NCBI GenBank assembly: GCA_023412005.1
Contig: JAEYOE010000014.1
Location: 4,890 to 68,889, forward strand
Length of the DNA stretch: 64,000 bases
DNA from: Bacillota bacterium
GTDB taxonomy: Bacteria; Bacillota; Clostridia; Christensenellales; SZUA-584
Direction: 5' to 3'
Part shown: positions 57,194 to 64,000 of the stretch, piece by piece
How the letters are laid out: the number at the start of each line of letters is the position of its first letter
How positions within the stretch are numbered: the first letter of the stretch is position 1
The notes under the pieces: model-generated
The model's input: only the letters and a program-made list of their open reading frames with translations
What the model was told of the DNA's origin: nothing
The model's database searches: none
Made by a program: the position numbers and the translations under genes

Positions 57194-57865
57194 ATGAAAA
57201 GCAGTTATGGCGTTTTTGATATCGTCGGGCCGATCATTATTGGGCCGTCCAGCTCGCATACGGCCGGAGCCTGCCGCCTTGCAAACGCGGCGCGGGCTAT
57301 TTTTAATAAACCGATTGCAAAGGCCGTTATTCATGTTTACGGCTCGTTTGCGGCCACATTATACGGCCATGGCACCGACAAAGCGTTGGTTGGCGGGCTT
57401 GCCGGTGTGCTGCCGGATGATGAGCGGCTCAACGATGCCCACGATATCGCCAAAGAAGCGGGGCTTGACTGCCGTTTTGTGATGGAGCAGGAATCATCAA
57501 CGAATGCGAATCTTGTGAAGTTTGACTTAACCGGAAAAAACGGTGAAATAATGAGCGTCAGCGGCGTATCGGTTGGCGGCGGGAATATCGTCGTCACGCA
57601 TATCAATCATACCGATCTGGAAATCAGCCTGCAGTACAACACGCTGATTGTGGATCATCTTGATAAACCGGGCGCCGTGCTGAGCGTGGCAAAAATTCTG
57701 GCCGATGAAAGCATCAATATCGCGAGCATGAACATGTACCGGCAGGGCAAGCACGGGCGCGCATATATGATAATTGAAACAGATCAGACAATCGGACCGG
57801 ATATCGTCAAGCGAATCAGAAGCCTTGAGGATATGTATGTCATATACATTCCTCAGCTCTATTAA
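57194..57865 (+). CDS. sdaAB: L-serine dehydratase, iron-sulfur-dependent, beta subunit
   Basis: VFDIVGPIIIGPSSSHTAGA plus an ACT-like C-terminus. ATG at 57194 follows AAAGGGGAAG. Confidence 0.85.
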   Translation: MKSSYGVFDIVGPIIIGPSSSHTAGACRLANAARAIFNKPIAKAVIHVYGSFAATLYGHGTDKALVGGLAGVLPDDERLNDAHDIAKEAGLDCRFVMEQESSTNANLVKFDLTGKNGEIMSVSGVSVGGGNIVVTHINHTDLEISLQYNTLIVDHLDKPGAVLSVAKILADESINIASMNMYRQGKHGRAYMIIETDQTIGPDIVKRIRSLEDMYVIYIPQLY

Positions 57866-57875
57866 GGAGCCCGCC

Positions 57876-58781
57876 ATGTATCAATATCAGTATTCAAATC
57901 AGAAAGACATCGAAAACCTGACTTGTAAATTTTCCATCAGCATATCTGAGCTGGCGATGCTTCACGAGGCGGAGCGGCAGGAAACCGACAAGAAAGCTGT
58001 TGTTGCGCAAATGATGGCCGCCATAAACGTTATGAAAGCCAATATTGAGGCCGGAACGGTATCAACAGTGCCATCCATCGGCGGGCTAATCGGCCAAAAC
58101 GCCGATAAAATGAATCGGTATATGGCAGCGGGGCAGACGCTTTGCGGCTGCATGCTGGGCAGCGCCATTACCTACGCGCTTGCGGTCACGGAAGAAAACG
58201 CACGAATGAAGCGCATCACCGCGTGCCCCACGGCCGGTGCCTGCGGCGTGGTGCCCGGGTGCCTTTTTGCGGTATGTGAGCAAAGGCAGCTCAGCGAAGA
58301 CGTGCTGTTAAGCGGGCTTTTTAACAGTTCCGCCATCGGCATTATCATTGCCGAAAACGCCACCATCAGCGGTGCCCAAGGCGGTTGTCAGGCGGAAATC
58401 GGTGCCGCGTCGGCCATGGCGGCATCCGCTTTAACGGAAATCTCTGGCGGCAGCGTGGATGCTTGCTTGAATGCGGCTGCTATCGCATTGCAAAATATAC
58501 TCGGGCTTGTGTGCGACCCCGTGGCGGGGCTGGTGGAAGTGCCATGCAGCAAGCGCAATGCCATGGGCGTGGCGAATGCGTTCGCCTCTGCAGATATGGC
58601 ACTTGCGGGCATCACCGGTATTATTCCTCTGGATGAAGTGATTAAAGCGATGAAAGAAGTGGGCAGGGCGCTGCCGTATGAGCTTAAGGAAACCGCAAAG
58701 GGGGGCGTTGCGGCATCTGCCACAGCCAAAGATATCAAAAACAAATTAAAGCAATTTGCCGCCGATATTAATGACAGATAA
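57876..58781 (+). CDS. sdaAA: L-serine dehydratase, iron-sulfur-dependent, alpha subunit
   Basis: CPTAGACGVVPG and GGCQAEIG motifs. ATG at 57876 follows AAGGAG. Confidence 0.85.
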   Translation: MYQYQYSNQKDIENLTCKFSISISELAMLHEAERQETDKKAVVAQMMAAINVMKANIEAGTVSTVPSIGGLIGQNADKMNRYMAAGQTLCGCMLGSAITYALAVTEENARMKRITACPTAGACGVVPGCLFAVCEQRQLSEDVLLSGLFNSSAIGIIIAENATISGAQGGCQAEIGAASAMAASALTEISGGSVDACLNAAAIALQNILGLVCDPVAGLVEVPCSKRNAMGVANAFASADMALAGITGIIPLDEVIKAMKEVGRALPYELKETAKGGVAASATAKDIKNKLKQFAADINDR

Positions 58782-58871
58782 CTAACGATAATAATGGCAT
58801 ATCCATACACTTTATGTTATTATACATCTGAAATTATTTTTCAAGTATAAAACATATTTGGAGGGGGTTCG

Positions 58872-59513
58872 ATGGATAAAACATTTTTAATGCCTTTTTG
58901 GATACAACTGGCACAAGGCATTACGGGGCATTTTGGTGATAACTGCGAGGTTGTGATACACGATCTGACAGAAGATGAGGAACACACGATCGTCTTTATT
59001 GAAAACGGACATGTTTCGGGCAGAAAGGTCGGCGATGGTTCCAGCAGAGTTGTGTTTGAGGCGCGAAGCAAAAACCCCAATGAGCTGCAGGACAGAATCA
59101 ATTATCTCACGCAAACGGAAAACGGGCGTGTGCTAAAATCGAGTACCATCTACATCAGAGACACCGAAGGCAAAGTCGTTGGCATATTTGCAATTAATTA
59201 TGACATAACGAATCTGATGATGGCGGATTTCACATTGAAAAGCCTGATTACCGCAAAGAACGACAGCAACGAACCCGAAAAAATAACAAAGGGCGTTAAC
59301 GGTCTGCTTCATGAACTGATTGAAGAATCGGTTAAGCTTGTGAATAAGCCGGTTTCTCAGATGAACAGGGAAGACAAGATCAGAGCCATCAAATTTCTTC
59401 AGGACAAGGGCGCTTTCTTGATAACAAAATCGGGCGATAAGGTATCGAAATATTTTGGCATATCGAAGTTTACGCTTTATAATTATATTGATGTGAAGGA
59501 AAACGGAAAATAG
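58872..59513 (+). CDS. YheO-like PAS domain plus HTH transcriptional regulator
   Basis: GDNCEVVIHDL...IENGHVSGRKVGD matches the YheO-like domain. The C-terminal KVSKYFGISKFTLYNYI is an HTH. Confidence 0.7.
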   Translation: MDKTFLMPFWIQLAQGITGHFGDNCEVVIHDLTEDEEHTIVFIENGHVSGRKVGDGSSRVVFEARSKNPNELQDRINYLTQTENGRVLKSSTIYIRDTEGKVVGIFAINYDITNLMMADFTLKSLITAKNDSNEPEKITKGVNGLLHELIEESVKLVNKPVSQMNREDKIRAIKFLQDKGAFLITKSGDKVSKYFGISKFTLYNYIDVKENGK

Positions 59514-59578
59514 ATTAAGTTTTTAAATTTATTAACAAAGTTTAAGGTGAAACAAACTTGTCCGTACCTTGTATCAGC

Positions 59579-59607
59579 TTGACATTGCCGGTGCGAGTTG
59601 ATAGAAT
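59579..59607 (+). promoter_or_regulatory. Near-consensus sigma-A promoter heading a roughly 510-nt region with no convincing ORF
   Basis: TTGACA, 17 nt, TAGAAT. Confidence 0.45.
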
Positions 59608-60123
59608 TAATTCACAACGAAATAAGCATAGGCTGCTGAGCGGTAAACATCGCGTTAGCGGCTTTCAGTAGCTCTTGTATAAGTCCATAAATCGGTATGG
59701 ACGTCTCTACAGGCGACCGTAAATTGCCCCAGGCTACAAGAGATACATGTTGAGCATTTGCGCTGTGCGCCGGGTAAACCGGCCAAAAGCAGCTTCGATT
59801 CTCAAGGTGTATCTTTTGCGGGTCCGGGGTTTTTGCATTCATACCGCCTCTTTTCAGGGCGGCAGAGATTGCATAAAGCGCTCTGCTGATTACGTGTATC
59901 TTGCACACGCGGCATGCCCCATCGCATATCGCGGCTCGCGAGGTCACGCAGAAGTGCAGATGCTGACTAACTTTTTACAGACAGAGAGTTATTGAGGGGT
60001 TAACTTGTATGGCTATCAGCCGGGCAGACAGAATTGATTGATTTTATAGATACGGGTTTTTACTCGGTAATGTGTGGATAGATATATCATTGTAAATGAC
60101 AAATCGACAAGGGGGAATGCGTT

Positions 60124-62436
60124 GTGAGTCAGGTAGGAAAAAGTGTTACGCGCGTGGACGCGCTGGATAAAGCGACCGGCCGTGCCAAGTATACCGACGA
60201 TCTGTGCGACAAGAGCGCGCTGATTACCGTCGTCGTCCGCTCCACCATTGCGCATGGGTATGTCAAGTCCGTCGATATTTCCGAGGCGGAAAAGGTGCCG
60301 GGTGTTGTAAAGATATTTACGTGTTTTGACGTTCCGGATATTCAGTTCCCAACAGCGGGCCATCCGTGGTCAACCGATCCAGGGCATCAGGACGTGGCCG
60401 ACAGGCTGCTGCTGAACCGCCACGTTCGCTATTACGGCGACGACGTGGCCGCCGTGGTGGCGGAAAATGAGGTGGCCGCCGCACAAGCAGCACGCGCCGT
60501 GAAGGTGGAATACGAGGAGCTGCCCTTTGTGCTAGACCCGCAGGAAGCGATGAAGGACGGCATGCCGCAGCTGCACGAGGAATACCCAAACAACGTACTT
60601 AAGCATACGTCTATTACGATCGGCAGCTACGACGAAGCCATCAAGGAGCCGGGGCTTATCTGCGTAGACAAATGGTACGACACGCAGGTGGTGCAGCACT
60701 GCCATATCGAAAACTTCGTTGCCTATGCTTATGGCGAGGGCGACCGCATCGTGGTGGTGGCCTCCACGCAGATTCCGCACATCGTCCGCCGGACGGTGGG
60801 GCAGGCGCTGGGTATACCGTGGGGAAAGGTGCGCATTGTCAAGCCGTACATCGGCGGCGGCTTTGGGAACAAACAGGATACACTGTATGAGCCGCTGGTG
60901 GCCTATATATCACAACAGCTTGGCGGGCGGCTGGTGAAGATCGACGTTCCGCGTGAGGATACCTTCGTCAGCAACCGAACACGACACGCCATCCGCTCTC
61001 ACATCGTCTCGTGGGTGCGGCCTGACGGCACATATGTTGCGCGCAAGCTGGAGGCCTTTTCGGATCAGGGCGCTTACGCCTCGCATGGGCATGCCATTGC
61101 AGCAAAGGGAATGGGCGCGTTCCCGCAAATGTACCCGTGCCCTAATGTGCAGTGTGACGCTTACACGGTTTACACGAACAAATCCACAGCCGGTGCGATG
61201 CGCGGCTACGGTATCCCGCAGGCCATGTTCGCTGTGGAAAGCCATACGGACGACGTATGCAAAGCGATCGGTATGGATCCGGAAGCATTCCGCCGTAAAA
61301 ACCTGATGCCGCAGGGCTATAAGGATAACTTCTCCAAAAACGAGAACTACTATGATACATATAACCAGTGCCTCGATAAGGCGATGGCCTACATGGATTA
61401 TCATAAAAAGATTGAGGAATACAAGAACCAGACAGGCCCCATTCGCAAGGGTCTTGGTATATCATGCTTTTGGTACAACACGGCCGTGTGGCCCATCGCG
61501 CTGGAGCACTCCTCCTGCCGCATGGTGATGAACGAGGATGGGTCGATACAGCTGCAGGTGGGTGAAACAGAGATCGGGCAGGGTGCCGATACGGTATTTG
61601 CCCAAATGGCGGCAGACGTGGTGGGCCTGAAGGATTATAAGGATGTGCATGTGGTTTCCTGTCAGGATACGGATGTCTCGCCAAACGGCCTCGGCGCATA
61701 TGCGTCGCGGCAAACCTACGTATGCGGCTTCTCCATCACGCAGACAGGGCAGATACTCAAAGAGAAAATCATCAAGCATGCGAGCGAGCTGACCCGTGTG
61801 GCAGAATCGAATCTTGATATCATTGACAGCAATATTGTTCGAGTTATGGATGGACGCGTGATGATGACGCTGGAAGAGCTGGCGACCGAGGTGATGTACA
61901 GCATGAAGAAGAGTGATCATATCACCGCCGAATCCAGCTACCATATTACTAACAACGCGTATTCCTTTGGCTGCTGCATCGCCGAGGTGGAGGTGGATAT
62001 CCCACTGTGTAAGGCAACGCTGACCAAAATCGTCAACGTGCACGATTGCGGTACGCTGATTAACCCGGCGCTGGCCGAGGCACAGGTGCATGGCGGTATG
62101 TCGATGGGCATCGGTTACGGCCTCTCCGAGCAGCTGTTGTTTGATCCGAAAACGGGCAAACCGCTAAACAACAATCTGCTGGATTATAAGCTTTCAACCA
62201 TGCTGGATCACCCGCATTTGGAGGCGCAGTTCGTGGAAAACCCGGAACCCACCAGCCCGTTTGGCACCAAGGCACTGGGTGAGCCCCCGGCCACACCCGT
62301 TGCGCCCGCGATACGCAACGCGATATTGAACGCCACCGGAGTGGCGGTTGATAAGCTGCCACTAAACCCGCACACATTGTTTCAACGGTTCATGGAGGAA
62401 GGCCTCATCGAAGATCCTTCAAAAGGGGAGGAATAA
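60124..62436 (+). CDS. xdhA: Xanthine dehydrogenase family, molybdopterin-binding subunit
   Basis: GTG start. VGKSVTRVDALDKATGRAKYTDD N-terminus, GGGFGNK, and a C-terminal GEPP motif. 770 aa. Confidence 0.85.
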   Translation: MSQVGKSVTRVDALDKATGRAKYTDDLCDKSALITVVVRSTIAHGYVKSVDISEAEKVPGVVKIFTCFDVPDIQFPTAGHPWSTDPGHQDVADRLLLNRHVRYYGDDVAAVVAENEVAAAQAARAVKVEYEELPFVLDPQEAMKDGMPQLHEEYPNNVLKHTSITIGSYDEAIKEPGLICVDKWYDTQVVQHCHIENFVAYAYGEGDRIVVVASTQIPHIVRRTVGQALGIPWGKVRIVKPYIGGGFGNKQDTLYEPLVAYISQQLGGRLVKIDVPREDTFVSNRTRHAIRSHIVSWVRPDGTYVARKLEAFSDQGAYASHGHAIAAKGMGAFPQMYPCPNVQCDAYTVYTNKSTAGAMRGYGIPQAMFAVESHTDDVCKAIGMDPEAFRRKNLMPQGYKDNFSKNENYYDTYNQCLDKAMAYMDYHKKIEEYKNQTGPIRKGLGISCFWYNTAVWPIALEHSSCRMVMNEDGSIQLQVGETEIGQGADTVFAQMAADVVGLKDYKDVHVVSCQDTDVSPNGLGAYASRQTYVCGFSITQTGQILKEKIIKHASELTRVAESNLDIIDSNIVRVMDGRVMMTLEELATEVMYSMKKSDHITAESSYHITNNAYSFGCCIAEVEVDIPLCKATLTKIVNVHDCGTLINPALAEAQVHGGMSMGIGYGLSEQLLFDPKTGKPLNNNLLDYKLSTMLDHPHLEAQFVENPEPTSPFGTKALGEPPATPVAPAIRNAILNATGVAVDKLPLNPHTLFQRFMEEGLIEDPSKGEE

Positions 62437-62441
62437 CGGCT

Positions 62442-63326
62442 ATGTTTGATATGAAGGAATTGTACGAAGCGCAGAGCGTGGCGGATGCCGTTCGTCTGCG
62501 CATGGAGCACCCGGATGCTCACATCATTGCGGGCGGTTCCGACGTGCTGATACAAATGCGCGAGGGCAAGCGCGCGGGCGTTGAACTCATTTCCATCTAC
62601 ATGATCGATGAAATGCGCGGCGTTTCTATTGATGAGAACGAAGCCATCCGCATCGGCTCGCTCACCAGCTTCTCGCACATCACCAAAAGCCCGATCATTC
62701 AGAAGTATATCAACGTGCTCGGTGAAGCGGTGGATCAGGTGGGCGGCCCGCAAATACGCAATATTGCCACCATCGGCGGCAACACCTGCAACGGTGTGAC
62801 GTCAGCTGATTCCGCGTCCACACTTCATGCGTGGGAGGCGTTGGTGGAACTGACAGGCTCTGAGGGCGTGCGACGCATACCCATAAAGGAATTTTACATC
62901 AAAGCGGGCACGGTGGATATCCGCCCCGGCGAGATACAAACGGCGCTGATTATACCAAAGGAAAGCTATGCGGATACTTTCGGCAGCTACATCAAATACG
63001 CGATGAGAGGTGCGATGGATATCGCGACGCTGGGGTGTTCCGTCAACGTGCGTCTCTCTCCAGACAAGAGGACATTCGAACGCGTTCGTGCCGCTTACGG
63101 TGTGGCGGGGCCGGTGCCCATGCGTGTGCCCACGGCAGAGGCTGCGGCAAACGGAAGCCCAGTGAGTGAAGCAACAGTCAAGGCGTTCGGCAAGGCGGTG
63201 CTGAGTGACATCAACCCGCGCGATTCTTGGCGCGCATCCAAGGCGCTGCGCCAACAGATTGCCGTGGAGCTGGCAAAGCGTGCGCTGGTTGAAGCGGTTA
63301 AACGCAGCGGAGGTGAGTTATCATGA
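62442..63326 (+). CDS. xdhB: Xanthine dehydrogenase family, FAD-binding subunit
   Basis: AGGSDVLIQM and IRNIATIGGN motifs of the CO dehydrogenase flavoprotein family. 294 aa. Confidence 0.85.
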   Translation: MFDMKELYEAQSVADAVRLRMEHPDAHIIAGGSDVLIQMREGKRAGVELISIYMIDEMRGVSIDENEAIRIGSLTSFSHITKSPIIQKYINVLGEAVDQVGGPQIRNIATIGGNTCNGVTSADSASTLHAWEALVELTGSEGVRRIPIKEFYIKAGTVDIRPGEIQTALIIPKESYADTFGSYIKYAMRGAMDIATLGCSVNVRLSPDKRTFERVRAAYGVAGPVPMRVPTAEAAANGSPVSEATVKAFGKAVLSDINPRDSWRASKALRQQIAVELAKRALVEAVKRSGGELS

Positions 63327-63823
63327 AAGATCAATACCGTATGATAGATTTTAACCTAAACGGTAAGGATGTGTCTGTCATGGTGGATGCGCGTGCATCG
63401 TTAACGGATATGCTCCGAAACGATTTTCGCATGACCTCTGTGAAAAAGGGCTGCGAGGTGGGTGAGTGCGGTGCGTGCAATGTCATTATCGACGGTGAAT
63501 GCTACAATTCCTGCATATATCTTGCTGTGTGGGCGCGCGGTAAAAAGATACGCACGCTGGAAAGCTTGCTCGGCCCGAATGGCGAGCTCAGTGATATTCA
63601 GCAGGCGTTCATCGATGAAGCGGCCGTGCAATGCGGCTTTTGTACACCCGGATTTATCATGTCGGCCATAGAGATACTCGAGAGCGGTAAGGAATACACT
63701 GACGACGAGCTTCGAAAGCTGATGAGCGGGCATCTATGCCGCTGCACCGGCTATGAGAACATACTGCGGGCTGTGAAGAAAACGATGTATAAACGGCTTG
63801 GCAAGGAAATGCCAACCGATTAG
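63323..63823 (+). CDS. xdhC: Xanthine dehydrogenase family, [2Fe-2S] subunit
   Basis: CEVGECGACNV, CGFCTPG and CRCTGY motifs. 166 aa. Confidence 0.85.
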   Translation: MKDQYRMIDFNLNGKDVSVMVDARASLTDMLRNDFRMTSVKKGCEVGECGACNVIIDGECYNSCIYLAVWARGKKIRTLESLLGPNGELSDIQQAFIDEAAVQCGFCTPGFIMSAIEILESGKEYTDDELRKLMSGHLCRCTGYENILRAVKKTMYKRLGKEMPTD

Positions 63824-63891
63824 TGAAAACGGCTATAACGGCTCACAACCGGGTCGGCGAAGTCCATTAAATCGGTGGAAGGTGAATAGAA

Positions 63892-64000
63892 GTGTCAACG
63901 GATCAATTGCTTATTCTTAAAGGGAATATTGTATACACACAAACGCAGCGAGAGCTGACGGCAGTGGAAAACGGTTATATTGTCAGCGAAAACGGCATCG
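63892..64000 (+). CDS. Amidohydrolase-like protein, 5' end only (possibly a purine deaminase)
   Basis: GTG start after GGTGGAAGGTGA. VSTDQLLILKGNIVYTQ...ENGYIVSENG resembles the N-terminal beta-strand region of amidohydrolases. Only 36 codons are visible. Confidence 0.3.
   Translation, partial: MSTDQLLILKGNIVYTQTQRELTAVENGYIVSENGI

Noticed and set aside
59612-59947. A 111-aa minus-strand ORF (and an 82-aa plus-strand ORF) in the xdhA upstream region.
   Set aside because: No SD, odd composition (Cys/Arg/Ala-rich) and no recognisable motifs. Kept only as part of the unexplained-leader finding.
39542-63823. Selenocysteine (TGA) recoding within the selenium-linked cluster.
   Set aside because: All cluster ORFs are full length with no adjacent in-frame split ORFs. 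In this enzyme family selenium is a labile cofactor rather than Sec.

Overview
The window reads as chromosome from an endospore-forming Clostridia-class Firmicute; that assignment is inferred from gene content. It has three blocks.

(1) 1-19.3 kb is housekeeping and sporulation. It holds the spoIIA operon (spoIIAA-spoIIAB-sigF), two class A PBPs, yunB, yebC, an FMN riboswitch with ribU, tsaE-tsaB-rimI, a membrane-anchored Mur ligase with ddl, rnz, mtnA and cotJA-cotJB.

(2) 19.3-36.0 kb is a 16,665-bp AT-rich element inserted inside the spore-coat gene cotJC.
- A 13-bp direct repeat bounds it, and the two cotJC halves rejoin in frame.
- It carries a SpoIVCA/TnpX-class large serine recombinase and a small mobilisation module (DUF961-like, FtsK-like, HUH Rep).
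- Its cargo looks like defence genes: a complete type I R-M system, a 937-aa DUF4062 (TIR-like) helical-repeat protein, a Zn-ribbon DUF4145 protein, and a translationally coupled operon of a 23-aa membrane peptide, a MUG-like glycosylase-fold protein lacking the catalytic Asn, and a DUF2971 protein.
- I read it as a skin-like intervening element whose mother-cell excision would rebuild cotJC. This element and its uncharacterised cargo are the main finding.

(3) 36-64 kb has two parts.
- More coat-related genes: a gerQ-like gene, a 51-aa Asn/Gln-rich peptide, and a Mn-catalase paralog with an apparent compensated frameshift.
- A large selenium-dependent molybdenum hydroxylase / anaerobic purine-degradation cluster: yqeB, yqeC, ygeY, ygeW, carbamate kinase, ssnA, ygfK, xdhD-like, hyuA, ygeX, ygfJ, serine dehydratase and a three-subunit xdhABC.

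All family names come from motif recognition by eye. No database search was run, and start codons are best guesses.
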